Source: Octopus bimaculoides (taxonomy: Eukaryota). From it: 64,000 nucleotides of DNA. The stretch spans positions 3,970,192 through 4,034,191 of the forward strand of contig NC_068984.1 in NCBI RefSeq assembly GCF_001194135.2, given 5' to 3'. The notes beneath the pieces are model-generated. The model had not been told where the DNA came from, searched no databases, and was given only the letters and a program-made list of their open reading frames with translations. Made by a program: the position numbers and the translations under genes. Below are positions 12,959 to 27,100 of this stretch, one piece after another. How positions within the stretch are numbered: position 1 is the stretch's first letter; the number at the start of each line of letters is the position of its first letter.

Positions 12959-15048
12959 CTACTGATAGAAGTTACTGCTTTTTAATCTGCATTCATGCAT
13001 TCCACTGAAATAATAACAGCAATTACATGAGCACCACTTTTACCATCATTTTACTTTCAAACTAAAATCAGTATTCCTGGAACTCTTATCAACACCACTA
13101 TTAAAACTATAACTATTCAACTACTACTATTACTACTAATGCTAATCTATTAGAATCATTGTTATTGATGAAGATGATGATGATAATGATGATGCTTTCA
13201 GTATTTTGGTCTACTGCAATTAATAAGCAAATTATCAGAGAAGAAATGAAATTACAGCCATTCTTTCAATAATGATTGCATCTGACATTATCAATTAAAC
13301 TATTATGTGAACTATGTCCCAACGTTTCTTTATTCCACCACCACAACCACCACCGCCACTTCTCAGCTGTTCAATTAAAAACAGAAAATATTTCTACAAC
13401 TTCCAGTTTCCTTTAGAGGATTTGATATCTAACTCAGTAGTCTTTTTGCAATCATCTCTAATATATAACAAGCCTTGGAATCACTAAATTACAAACTAAG
13501 TAACTGTCCATTCCACTACCCTTTTATGGTCTGTAGTTCTTCAGATAAATCTGTATATGTATACAAAAATAGTAATTAAGTAGATAAGAGGTTAATCATT
13601 TTTATTCCAAATGAATTTAGCAGTTTATTCTAAGTATTTTATACCTTTTATTGACTTTTTCACAAGGGTTGGGTGGTTCTGTAAATTTATACTTCGGCCC
13701 AAAATAAACTGAGAAAGAATTGTTGGTGTTATTTAGTTGCTGACCAACTGAAGAAGACAAAGCATTCCATCAGTGAGTTTTCCACATTTTGGTATGAGCC
13801 AACAAAAGCAACCACTAAGTGGCAACTCAAGGTGTGAGCAGTAGCAGTCAAATCCTCAAAAATTTTCAACTATCTCCGCTCAAACAACTTTAGAATTGAG
13901 ACAACAACTCAACAATGAATTAGAAATTCTGTTTCCAATTTGGTTTACTAAAATTTATCAACCAAAACTAAACAAAAACTATAAACATAACAAGCTAAAC
14001 ATCCTCATCAATATCTTTACTAGGGATTTCTTTTTGAAGAATTCAAGCTTTCTTCAACAAAGTAATTGTAGAACTTAGAACTCCATTCTTTTCAAGTCTT
14101 TAGGGTTGCTTTTATTCTTTGGCCACATTATTTCAGTCAATCCATCAGATAACATACTTTAAAGTTCCCACCAATGCATATTATATGTAATCATTTCTTC
14201 TTAGGAATATTTACCAATTTCATTATTGAATTCTATTGCTTCAGTCAATTTCAAACTGTTACATTACTACTTTCCCAGACACACAACAACTAAAATTATA
14301 TACAATCAATTCTTCTATTTTTTCTTTATAGAGCAGGGTTGGGGAGTAATATTTTAAACTAGAAATTTCCTTTTGATTAGATTTTTATAAATTTTAGATT
14401 TCTGCTTTAATTTTTTTATTGTTCATTTGAATATTTCATTTCATTTGAGCAACAGAATATTTTGTGTGACATTTATTTAATGAAAAATGAATCTTTAAAG
14501 AAGATTACTTATTTTATCAAGTCAACAATATTTAATGCAAAGATTCTGGCAAATAGTAAGGGTGAACCATTCACAATACAAATGCTCAACTTGGTAGGGG
14601 CTGAATTAGCTTGTCAAGAGGTCCAGTGTTCATATCTCATCTTTTCCACATAATTACACCTAAAAAAGAAGAGAGATGCTTCTCAACAACTATATTCATA
14701 TACATGTGGGTAGACATGTACATGTATTGCCCATCAAACAGTGAAACAATACTAAAAAAAAATGTAAGATGTTGCAGTTCTGCACAACAGATGATACGAA
14801 GATTATGTTATCTGCAATTTGTGGTTATATTACACTTCAAAAAGTAAAAACTTATCCTCCATGAAAAGCAACATGTCACAAGACAAACACAACATGTTTT
14901 TAATACATATGGCTCCAATCACACCAGCAAGAATTCTGCAGTTTCTTATGTCCAAAGGTGCACTTATCCACTGCTAGGCTGAAAATCTATTTTCGATGAA
15001 ATCCCAAAGGTGAATTCCTTGAGAAAATAATGTATTGTGTTTTTCTCA

Positions 15049-15050
<2 letters not shown>

Positions 15051-15122
<72 letters not shown>

Positions 15123-15138
15123 GAGAGCGAGAGAGAGG

Positions 15139-15171
<33 letters not shown>
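15051..15171. repeat. (TA)n(GA)n(GACA)n compound microsatellite
   Basis: Direct inspection. Confidence 0.97.
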
Positions 15172-15172
<1 letters not shown>

Positions 15173-16617
15173 TGAGAAAAGCCTATATTATTTATTAATA
15201 AAGCTGCAAAAACATCACAAAACTGTTACTCAGAGTTTCACATTCCTGTTCATCAGACAATCAAAATTGTCCAATAAACAGGAATGCAAAACTCTGAGTA
15301 ACAGTTTTTGTGATGTTTTTGCAGCTTTAATAATAAAGTATATTACTCTACCTCTGGTATTCGAGTACTATTTTTTTCCCGCCTTGTTTCACATTTATGT
15401 GCTTACTCGGGTATATATATATATATGTATGTACGTATGTGTGTACATATAATTAAAATATCAAGAGTTAGGTAGTCATGTAAGGACCATAGTAGAAATG
15501 TTGTCCAACCACTTACAGACATACAACTCCAATGATTAAGTAGTTACGCTTGGAATTGAGTTGATGACAATCAGATGTGTGTGTTTGTGTTTGTTTTGTT
15601 ACACATGATAAAATGTGCATTGGGTGCATTTTATCATGGCAGCAACTATTGAAACCATGGTAAAATTAGAACACACAAGGGAGATGTGGTCGTCTAATCC
15701 ATCCAAGAAAGTAGTAACTGTCAATAAGAACTGGCTTGGATCATGACAATTTATCCAACCTAGCTTCAGTTGATGATGGAGATATATATGTATAAATCTC
15801 TTGTCCTGGAAACTTGGGTTTCCAAAGGGAAAGAATACCAGAGAAAAGTGAGTTGAGAATACCAGGTCCAGAGAAAAGTAAGTTGAGAAATAAAAAAAGT
15901 AAAGGAGTAATGCACAGTGATTACATGTAAGAACAGAAGGTAAAGGGTCATAGACAGCTTCTAAGTTAGTGGTGTAAATCATGTGTAAATAGTTTTAAGC
16001 TAGTGAAGATGAGAAGGTAGCAGCATATAATAAAACAATTAGTCATGAAATCAACAAGTTTTATGTTTGTAAATTACATTAGCCATCTCAAGTTTGTTGG
16101 CTTCTCTGGTCTGTTGCTGATAAGAACATCTTTTATTTCAGTGGGGTCTTTTTTGTTTTGTTTTCGTAATATATTAATTATGTGGGTTTATGATTGGGTC
16201 TAAGACATGCTGTGTTCTGTTGGATGAATTTTCCAATAGCATATTCATCTCTTCTACAGTTAGAGTGCATTTGGTTCATGTAATATACGTTTATATGTAG
16301 TTTGTTTATATTGCTTAACTGTCTTTACAACTGTATGGACTTGGTTTCCATACAGCTTGCTCTACTAACATTTCTCTATATCTATTATCTAATAATGTTT
16401 GTAGTTTTCTATAGTTACTTTTTAGAACTTTATTTGTAGATGGAATCTGATTCAGGATTTTCACACCATCAGCTTATACCTCTATCAATGATATTCAGAG
16501 TCTACATGGAAGAGAGTATCTTTGTTATAAACAGACATGTCTGTCATTTTCTATTACTATATTTGCATCAAAAACAGAGATGTTGTATAACCTAGATCTC
16601 TACACACAGGCATGTCA

Positions 16618-16689
<72 letters not shown>
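16618..16689. repeat. (TA)n microsatellite
   Basis: Direct inspection. Confidence 0.98.
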
Positions 16690-16691
<2 letters not shown>

Positions 16692-16790
16692 TCATTATCA
16701 TTTAAGTCCACTTTCCATGCATGGGTTGGATGATTTGACTGGGGACTGGCGAAGCAGATGGCTACACCAGACTCCAATCTGATCTAGCAG

Positions 16791-17025
16791 TTTCGTTTTC
16801 CTGTCATGTTTTCTGTTTACCACTATATTCCTCCGCAATACAAATTTTATTTGTTTCCGTGGGAAGAGCTATTCTAACAATGCGTCCTGCCCTAACTCTT
16901 CAAAATGCTTAGTTTAGAATAGGGGCAGCTGATGAAGGAAATATTCTCTATGTGGCCTGTTTGTTTTCTGTGCTCTGTTTATATTCTGTTTTTTCATTTT
17001 GTTCATGTTTTTTTGTGACATCCTG
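16791..17025 (-). mobile_element. Probable terminal fragment of a second Tc1/mariner-like element
   Basis: Minus strand reads TA-CAGGATGTCACAAAAAAACATG from 17027, a mariner-like terminus next to a TA/CA microsatellite. No transposase is recognisable and the left boundary is approximate. Confidence 0.45.
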
Positions 17026-17109
17026 TACCCAGATATACATCCATATATACATGTAGATGTATGTACATACATGTACGTATATATGCATATACTCACATAT
17101 TATTTGTAT

Positions 17110-17173
<64 letters not shown>

Positions 17174-17175
<2 letters not shown>

Positions 17176-17632
17176 GGATGCAGTGAATAAACAATTGTCT
17201 AAATTACGCAAAAGTGAAAATAACACTGATATTTTAATAGATATATTTACCAAAATTACATAAAAAATACCTTGAAATACTAAAGAATAAATTTATTCAA
17301 TAAATCGCAATTGACCTCAACCACAGCCTCCAGAAGACTTTGGAATCTCCTGCCATAATCCCTGCCTTCAGTTTATCTTTGGTGTTATAAGGAGTTTTGT
17401 TGGTCTCTTCCTCAACCGCACTCCACACTGAATAATCAAGGGGGTTGCAGTCAGGGGAGTTAAGTGGCCAGATGTTAGGGGTGGTGTGGTTGCAGAAATT
17501 GTCTGACAGCCATGATTGGGTTCTCCTGCTTGTGTGGCATGGTGCAGAGTCCTGTTGCCAGACACAGGGTATTCCAGCAGCCACCCTCTTGACCCAGGGC
17601 AGTACTACCTCCTCCAGGCACTTTATCTAAAC
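17174..17632 (-). mobile_element. Tc1/mariner superfamily, maT-type (DD37D) transposase 3' fragment with one terminal repeat
   Basis: Minus-strand translation WQQDSAPCHTSRRTQSWLSDNFCNHTTPNIWPLNSPDCNPLDYSVW has 37 residues between the QQD and PLD aspartates. TA+CAGGATG terminus at 17172-17180. The 5' part is missing and a retro-repeat follows at about 17640. Confidence 0.9.
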
Positions 17633-18044
17633 CTCGCAGTTATGGCAGATACCAGTGTCATGCAAATTGGCACCCGTGCCGCTGGCATGCAAATGGCACC
17701 CGTGCCATCGGTACATAAACGCACTCATTACACTCTCAGTGTGGTTGGTGTTAGGAAGAGCATCCAGCTGTAGAAAACCATGCCAAATCAGACTGGAGTC
17801 TGGTGCAGCCTTTCCAGTGTGTCAGCCCAGTCAAACCATCCAACCCATGCAAGCATGGAAGGCAGACATTAAATGATAATGATGATGATGTATCTTCTGA
17901 CATTCAAATTTACATCATGTCTGTACTTATCCATTGGTAATTGGTGCAGCTGTTTTAGCCATGGTTTACCCCTTTGTAGGACATTTCAACTTTCTAAATA
18001 TCATTAGGATTCTCTTGCTTTTACTCCAGATCACATAATATATA

Positions 18045-18119
<75 letters not shown>

Positions 18120-18424
18120 ATATAAATATACCACTGCTTTACATATTCTACAAGTTAGCACAATTTACATGCAACCCAGACAGACATTGAAAACATCATC
18201 AAATACAGACATATAAGCCTCAAGAGCAAAACATAATCATACAACTGATTGCAGGGACAACGTATTTCATTATGCAACTAGAACATACTACCAAGTATTT
18301 TCAAGGCTTATAAGTCAATACTGTGTCATACCAGCTATATGTGGTGGCCAATTAAGCAATGTGTCCATCATGGATGATTAACGAGTTGGATGTGGTACTG
18401 AAGAAGGAGCGAGAACTCCTGAAA

Positions 18425-18770
18425 TATACATATACACCCTGACTGGCCCCCATGCTGGTGGCATGTAAAAAGCACCATTCGAGGTGGTCGGTGCCAGTGC
18501 TGCTTGACTAGCTCCCGTGGAAGTGGCATGTAAAAAGCACCATTCGTGCATGGTTATTGCCAGTGCAGCTGACTGCGGTGGCACATAAAAAAGCACCCAC
18601 TACCCTCTTGGAGTGGTTGGCATTAGGGAAGGGCATCCAGCTGTAAAAACATTGCCAGAACAGCCTTGAGTGTGGTGCAGCCTCCTGGCTTGCCAGTCCT
18701 CAGTCAAAACCATCAAACCTATGCCAGTATGGAAAGCAGAAGTTAAGAGATGATGATGATGATGATGATG
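18425..18770 (+). mobile_element. RTE-tail family copy with three internal GGTGGCA(T/C)GTAAAAAGCACC units
   Basis: Units at about 18457, 18522 and 18578, followed by the common tail and (GAT)n. Confidence 0.9.
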
Positions 18771-18998
18771 AATCACACTGTTTACATAGACATATTCGTA
18801 TATGAAACCTAACTTTCAGTGTTGGCTCCAGTTTCTATAGTAAATCTGTAGAGATGACTTTAAAAAGTGACAACATAATCAGCACATGCATCAAGGAAAC
18901 AACTCCTCACAGCTGAACAATGAATAACTAAAGCTTTTTAAAGTTGCTACAAAAGCTTCATGTCACAATCCTTGATGATCTATCATAATAAACTGAGG

Positions 18999-19066
<68 letters not shown>

Positions 19067-22000
19067 TCACTGTCAAAGCTGAATCCTATATATTATACTT
19101 TCTTTTTAGGTCCAGAAAATATTTCAGCCCTGATTAGTGGTTGACCATCTCTAAACCTGATGGACTACCCAAATACTTAGGACAGAGTTGTAGATAAAAC
19201 CTAAATTTTCTAGATGTCAACCACTAAAAAAATAATTCATCCACTGATCAAAGACTCTACTACACAAAAACACTCTAAAAACTAACTCACACATACATCA
19301 CCACCACTACTGTTGTTACCACTGCTGTTGTTTCTATGATCTCTGCTCTTAGCTAGTAAATAACTGACCACCACCACCTAAACACACCTAATGTATTCAT
19401 CTCTCCTCACTAGTTAATATGTGAGCCTATATACAGACATTTAACCTACTAGAAATAGAAGTTGAAGCTTTCTGAAATTACACTGTAGTCTCTTAGAAAA
19501 AGAAAAGCTGATCATAGTTGCAATATCTTAGTTTCAAAGTAAACTAGGATTTAAAGCCCTGACCATCCCCCACAAAATACTGCTCAATCATTCTTCCCCA
19601 ATACTGCATCCTCCTGGAATTCCATATCAACCTCACATTTTTCCCTGCAGGCATCAAACTAAATACTAACTACATCAATCTCACAGGTCTGAGAAGGCCT
19701 GCAAAGGGTTGTAGACTCTGGCCTTTACATCTCTGACTAATTTAGAGACAGAAGGAGAGGAATGTAGTATTCAATTTAATTACTAAAGTAAAAAGAATTA
19801 ATGATTTTTGACAATGTGTAGTAGTGCTGGAGAAGATAATGGTGATGTTGCTACTTATCTCAATGGTGTTGTTGGTGGTTTAGTCAGCAGAAATGAACCT
19901 CAAACTAGAAATCACAAGTCATAATAGCATTATATAATTTATGTAAAATAATAACTATGTATTGATGTGTATTTGATAAGTTTTATGAATGTTTGTGAGT
20001 ATTCATCACGTTTGAATATGTTTGTGTATTTATGATGTTTATGAGTATTTATATTCAGCTTTTCAAACCAAGCTACAATACCAAGTTTCTTATTTTCTTC
20101 ACTACTGGCTCTTCATTAACTAAAATGGTGTCCGACACTTTGTTTTAGAACTTAACAAGAGAAGAGATAAAAGCTTTTGATTGCAATATGAAATATCAAT
20201 TCAAACCTAGGTTTCCGCTGTAGCTCTTTTTATTCAACCAAGTGAGAAATTTATAGTAAACGTGACACTTATACACACACATGTATACACACACATATAT
20301 ACACAAGCACAAACATACACCATAGACAGAAGCAAGCAAATCACATATACTTTGAATGTCTTTTGTTCTTTTATTTAATGATGATATTGTTTTATTTTTC
20401 TGTTCAGTTAATGACTTGGCTCTTAGACTCTTCTTAAGATGTTCAGTCAGCCAAATCTGGACAACTATTGATAGAAATAATGCAATGTTCCAAAGAGATT
20501 TCTATGAAGAACTATAGGCGAAATGAGAGAAATTCCTGTTAATCAAAGATAAAACCTGAAACGTGGTGATTAGGCCACATATCACCAAACTTGTTATTGT
20601 CGATTAGCTATATTTCTGGGTGAAAATCTCCTTTGTTGGATGTTCCATTGGCGGTCCTTATTGCCTATGTCATCACTGGTGTCTCCATGCTTCGCTAGAT
20701 ATTTTCCAGTAAAGATATTTAAGGTCAAAACCTTTCCGTATCGTCAGAGGTCATCGATTCTGTTTCTAAATCTTTGGTAAAAGTTATAAAGACTACTTTC
20801 TAAATAATTAAACAATGGACATCCAATACTAGAAATGATAGTTAATATCAAAGGATCTTTTCAAAATAACCTTTGGCCAGAATTTTCACCATTGAAAATA
20901 TTTTTGTTACTTTTAAAATGAATGAAAAACTTTTCTTACTAGAAATTAATGCATTATTAAAATGCAGTAAATAAATACATCAGTAAGTGGAGTAGGAGGC
21001 AGGGAGGGGGGATAAAACAAAGCAAAAAATGCAACAATAACAAATTTCTCACCATTGAAAGTGTTTAAATGTATGTATAATTCAAAGTAAAGACTCTTTA
21101 TATAGAAAATCACTATAGTTTAGACTACTATAGAATGTTTTAAATGGTAATATTGAGAAATGTACTCTATATATCTTCAAATAAGTTTATCATTCTGACA
21201 ATTCTAAATAAAATACAGAAAAACAATATCCAGTTGAATGATACAAGATTTACCATTTATTTGCCTTTATTGTACATTCCAAATATATTTATGTTCAAAG
21301 AACAGGTTTATGATCAGCATCTTGTCTAAATTGCTAAAATTTGCATTTCAAATTTTAACAACTTTGCACGTTAAGGACATATTACTAACAGATAAAATGG
21401 TTTTCAGTGGAAATAGGGGTGAGGTAAGAAATGAATTCAGAAAATTCTTTTGCAGTAAATCTATATGTAATAATAAATTTTAATTTAAATTAGAAATAAA
21501 CAGAAAAGGGACTGAAAAAGATATTAGTTAAAATATATGTTGAATAACACCAGGTGCAGCATTTACATGTAACAGCAGAAATGTGAAGTTAATATTTCAC
21601 TGGAGAACATTGTTTTCTAATCACTGAAAATGTAACTTTAGAGATTTGTCATATATTAGAAGACAATATAATTTTAAAAGAATGTTTTAAACAAGATATG
21701 GAAAACATAGCATTTGTTTTTGTGATGTTAGCTGAAAATTTCCTGATTTACACATTTGTAATTGCACCAAGTGGACCATAAAAATAGCCATAGATAAGGC
21801 TGTAGGAACTATAAACATATAACTGCATATGACAGTATTTTCATTATGAAGATACAAAGAGGTGTATATAAAGTTGTATACTGTATAAATGTAAGTACAT
21901 TTGAAACTATATATAGTATCAACATAGAACCGTGTATAAAGTTGTATACAATATAAACATATATAGTTACATACCAAGTTTTATATACAATAAGCATATA

Positions 22001-22234
22001 AATAACTGTGCATGTGGCTATATATAGTATAACATATAAATAACTATATATGTAGTTATATATATAACTACATATGCAATACAAACATAATTCTATATGG
22101 ATCTATATACAGCATAAACATATAACTATCTGTCTATAAGGGTATATACAGTATAAACATAAATAGTTGTATAACAGGCTTTATACACTATAAATATATA
22201 AATAGATTTATATATAACTATATATAGTATAAAC

Positions 22235-22280
<46 letters not shown>

Positions 22281-22673
22281 NNNNNNNNNNNNNNNNNNNN
22301 NNNNNNNNNNNNNNNNNNNNNNNNNNNNNNNNNNNNNNNNNNNNNNNNNNNNNNNNNNNNNNNNNNNNNNNNNNNNNNNNNNNNNNNNNNNNNNNNNNNN
22401 NNNNNNNNNNNNNNNNNNNNNNNNNNNNNNNNNNNNNNNNNNNNNNNNNNNNNNNNNNNNNNNNNNNNNNNNNNNNNNNNNNNNNNNNNNNNNNNNNNNN
22501 NNNNNNNNNNNNNNNNNNNNNNNNNNNNNNNNNNNNNNNNNNNNNNNNNNNNNNNNNNNNNNNNNNNNNNNNNNNNNNNNNNNNNNNNNNNNNNNNNNNN
22601 NNNNNNNNNNNNNNNNNNNNNNNNNNNNNNNNNNNNNNNNNNNNNNNNNNNNNNNNNNNNNNNNNNNNNNNNN
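22281..22673. other. Assembly gap inside a (GT)n tract
   Basis: Run of N. Confidence 1.
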
Positions 22674-22756
22674 TGTGTGTGTGTGTGTGTATGGCTATAT
22701 GCAGTATAGACATATAAATACCTGTATATATATACACAATAAACACACCACTATAT

Positions 22757-23375
22757 AACTGGCATTCTGTCAGTTATGACAACAAGGGTTCCAGTTGATC
22801 AATGGAAGAGCCTAGGTAGGGGGATTCTGAAAAAGGTCTCAGGGAGTAGGGTCCCTGCTTTCCTGAGCTAGTTTTCCACCACATTTCTTAAAAATCGTGA
22901 TAGAGGCCTTGGTCTCAGGACCACTCACATCTAGAAACAGGTTGGGGGTAAGCAAGGGCATGCTCCCCATAGGAAATCTAGCTCTAAAAAAAATCTCATG
23001 ATAGCAAGGGAGAATGGGCACCAGCCAGCCAGCCAGCTCAAAGGTTGGGGTGGGCTGCACCTGCCTGCCTCAGTTGCTATGGCATTGAGGCAGATCTGGC
23101 CACCCCTGTTAACGGGGACAAAACCCGAATTTAAAACACTGGATGATGATGATGATGAAACACACAACAGACATGCATACTCTTCCCATAATTCTCAGTG
23201 GGATTCAGCAGGGCACTGAATGTGATAAGGTTGGCTGGCCCTTTTTAATTACAGGTACAATTCATACTTGCCAGCCGAGTGGACTGGAGCAACACAAAGG
23301 ACATAATGCACTGCCAGGAACCAAACTCACATCTTTATGATCAAGAGCCAAATAGCCAAACCGCTAAGTCACATG
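22757..23375 (-). mobile_element. tRNA-derived SINE split by a (GAT)n-tailed retroelement 3' end (about 22815-23160, + strand)
   Basis: SINE head remnant at 23270-23375 (minus). Body pieces at 23160-23270 and 22757-22810 flank a + strand insert ending TTTAAAACACTGGATGATGATGATGAT. Confidence 0.55.
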
Positions 23376-24148
23376 CCTTCACACATAGTTGTATACTTCT
23401 GCAACAGTGGCTCTATATAAAATATAAATATATAGTCCAACCCATGCCAGCATGGACAACGGATGTTAAATGATGATAACTATATATGAAGCAACATTGA
23501 ATTTATTTTGCAAGAATTTTGATCTGAAACCATGTGTTGAAGTTAATATTGTTACATTTGGGAAGAGTCATAATTAATCAAGTCTATAAACACACCCATC
23601 AGTTCTTTGTCTGTATTTTACTTCTTTTCCTTTATCCAAAGCAGTTGGCGCTTGTTTAATTCCCCCAGAATAGTTTTCACTACATTAATCTGTAGCTTTC
23701 TCATAAACAACCATCGACTGCTTTGGAGAAAGAGAAATGAAATATAGACAAACAGCAACTAGAGAGTATGTTTATAGGCATTATTCATTGTGACTTTTTA
23801 CAGAAGAAACAATATGCATATGAAGCTATATCCTGTATAAACATACAAATGGCTATATATGAAGCTATATACAACATTTAAACATATAACTGTACATATG
23901 GCTATATACAATATAAATATATATTGCTGTATATGAGGCTATATACAGTCATCATCATTTTCCACTTTTTCTATGGCTTGACTGGAACTCATTGAGGCAG
24001 ATTTTCTTTGTCTAAGTGCCTCTCTTGTCACTAACCCTCACCTGGTTCCAGCTAAGGTAATATTTCCCCACGGTCAAACACGTTTTCACGTAAGATTGGA
24101 AATGAAAGGCACCATTTGTATGGTGAAGCACCTGTACAACTAACAGAT

Positions 24149-24193
<45 letters not shown>

Positions 24194-27100
24194 TATATGA
24201 TGGGCTTCTTTCAGTCCCCATCTACCAAATCCGCACGCAAAGCTTTGGTCAGCACAGCGCTTCAGTGTAAACATATAACCATGTAACAGAAGTGGATGAG
24301 GCTACATATAGTATAGATATGTAGCTATATATGAAGGTATATAGAATATAAATACATAGCAGTATATGAGGCTATATACAGTATAAATACCTTGTTATAC
24401 ATGTAACTGTATACAGTATAAATATATAGCTGTATATGAAACTATATAAAGTATAAATATATGATAAAGTGCTATTTTTGAAGCTGTTTACAGGGAATAT
24501 ATTTTGATGATTCACTGTTCCAGTGTTGAGAAATGGAAATGAAGCTAAAAGAGCAGTATTTTCCAAAGTAAAAGATATACATTTTAATTGCAAACAAAAA
24601 TAAGTTATTAATGAAATGTATCATCTTTGTTTTGGCACTTCTACCTTGCACACTTTTACAATACATGCAACTAAACTTTGAGTAGATGGCTGCATTTCTT
24701 AATTACATGTGCAGTTGTTTCTTCATTACTTATTAAATATGCATAGCTTAGCTTCTTTTCAGCAATTCACATTTAATAAGAAATAGGAAATTATATTATT
24801 TTTATTTATATAAGCACAACATATAATATACAAAACACACACAAATACATACACATACATACAAATATTTAATGATAAGCAGACACATATTTACATCACA
24901 GTCAACATATACAAATACACGCAAATGTATATATATATATATATACATATTATGATGAATGTTGTATCACAAATATACAATCTAAGGTAATATAGACAGG
25001 CATGCATATACTGTGTATGTATAATAATCATATTTATACATGAATGACACAAGGGAGAATAATGAAGAAAAATATTCATACACACATTATATTTGTGTAC
25101 ATGTATGCACACGTGAGCGTGTGAGAGAACGTGTATATATTTGCATGTATGTAAAGCTATAGATTGTGATAATATCTGTACACATACCGTCATAACTGTA
25201 CACACATTGTTTATTTCACCTGCAGCAGTCACTGTAGAAGTGGACTTGGACCACTATGAACTCTTCACCATCCTACAATTTCTACTGCACAGACATACAT
25301 GAATATAAACTTATAAACCACACACACACACACACACATACACATACACATACACAATTACACAGTCAGACAAACAGACACACATACAAACAGAAACACA
25401 CAAAAATCCAAGTAGATTTCTAGTACATTATATATTAATTTATGTATGATATGGTAAATATAGATTGAATCGATGGGTCAATCAATAAAATATTGCCATT
25501 CTTGTTTCAGTTGCTTTGCTATTATTTACATGAGGAGGAGAGAGAAATAATACAGCATTTGTAAGTCTCTGCCTAACCATTTTTCTTTTAGCAGAGAGTT
25601 CATAATATATAGAAATAGTCTTAGAGAATCGGTAGGTGAAATGACGGGGGAAAGTTTCACTGCAGGACAGTGGTAGAATGTATTATCTTGATCAGATCAT
25701 ACCCACTGGAACTACATTGTTCTCTATAGTCTACAGACATCATGTGAAGAGAGAAATAACTGGTTTTATATATTGTTTACTCTTTAGTTCACTGTGTGTG
25801 TGTTTTCTTTAAATCATCACCATTATAACAACCAGTGCCACCACTTCATTGTTTGGGAGTGCATGCACATTTGTGTGTGTCTGTGCATGTGCATATATAG
25901 ATGTGTGCACATGTGTACAAGTGTATATAAATATATGTGCTTCAATTAAATTGCAGAAAAAGATTTAAATGAAAGGATTTTTTTTCTTCATTTCTGTTAT
26001 TTGATATAAACATGAAATTACTTTTCTTTTTTCCCTGTATTCCTGATAGCATTATGGTTAATAAGAATAGGATGAAGGGGGTTAACAAAAATAAAGGAAA
26101 CGTTGATTGTTTTATCTTCTATATACCTACACATTCCCACACCAATGATTGCAATATTCCTTCATAGATTATAAATTGATGTCAACTGTAAATGAGTGCA
26201 ACTGCACAGGATGCAAACACCAAGTTCTAGATTTGATCACACTGTACAATACATTAGAAATATGTCTGCTAAGAAACTGTTTGGAAGCTTGTTTGATATA
26301 TTTATTTTAAAAGCACCCATGTAGCACCATGTAAAAGTACCCATGTGGTGTCCCATGTAAAAGCACCCACCACACTTCATAAAGTGGTTGGCATTATGAA
26401 GGGCATCCAGTTGTAGAAACTGTGGAGTTTGATGCAGCTCCCCAGCTTGCTCGCTCTGGTCAAACTGTCCAACCCATGCCAACATGAACAATGGACAATA
26501 AATGATGATGATGATGATGATGATTTGTGTGTGCATATGATTTATATCAGAGTAGAAAACAAACACAGGTGAAAAAATATAGAACAACATAGTAAAATTG
26601 ACATTTTACCAAAGAAGTTCTTTGCAGTAAGTCACTCCATGATTGTGACTGTTGCCACCAGAAACACAGAGAACCAGTGATTAGCTGTACATTGAAAACC
26701 CATAACCAATCATATTTTTGTTCATAAATTGCGATTTTAAAGTAAAATACTTCATAATGTCTTTAGCTCAGGGCAATTCATTTGTCAGTGAAGCCAGTTC
26801 TTTAGAAGAGACCCTAGATGTCTTAAGATGGTTTACTCTTCTGCAGAAAAGGAGTTTGCATTAAATGCAATATTACAGTGTCTGCTACTACACATTGGGC
26901 TTTTACATTTCACAGAGAAAATGGTTTGTTGGTTCTTCTCACAAGATTTCTCTAAAATTAGATAGAAAAAGTGACACAATCCCAAATATTATGCAACTCC
27001 CTTTTTCTGTGTTTGTGCCAAATTTGGTGCATATATCCATCTTGCACTTCAGTCACGTGTCCATTCTTGCAGAAATAATTATGTCACACATGAATGAAAC

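Larger units (their letters stand above)
21790..24460. repeat. Degenerate AT-rich minisatellite (~35-bp unit, approx. GGCTATATACAGTATAAACATATAACTGTATATGA), interrupted
   Basis: Units are visible at 21790-22240, 22690-22760, 23400-23490, 23810-23950 and 24280-24460. Confidence 0.75.

Noticed and set aside
18440-18600. Repeat-spacer-like pattern suggestive of CRISPR
   Set aside because: The whole ~60-bp unit repeats, so the 'spacers' are homologous. It lies inside a eukaryotic retro-repeat and there are no cas genes.
22126-22758. Longest ORF-track entries (154-206 aa)
   Set aside because: Artefacts of the N gap and (GT)n repeats. The other HT/VC/YI/poly-H/poly-M ORFs are likewise microsatellite translations.
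25220-25272. Minus candidate exon DGEEFIVVQVHFYSDCC
   Set aside because: The donor is reasonable but the acceptor is weak, and it does not chain in phase with other candidates.
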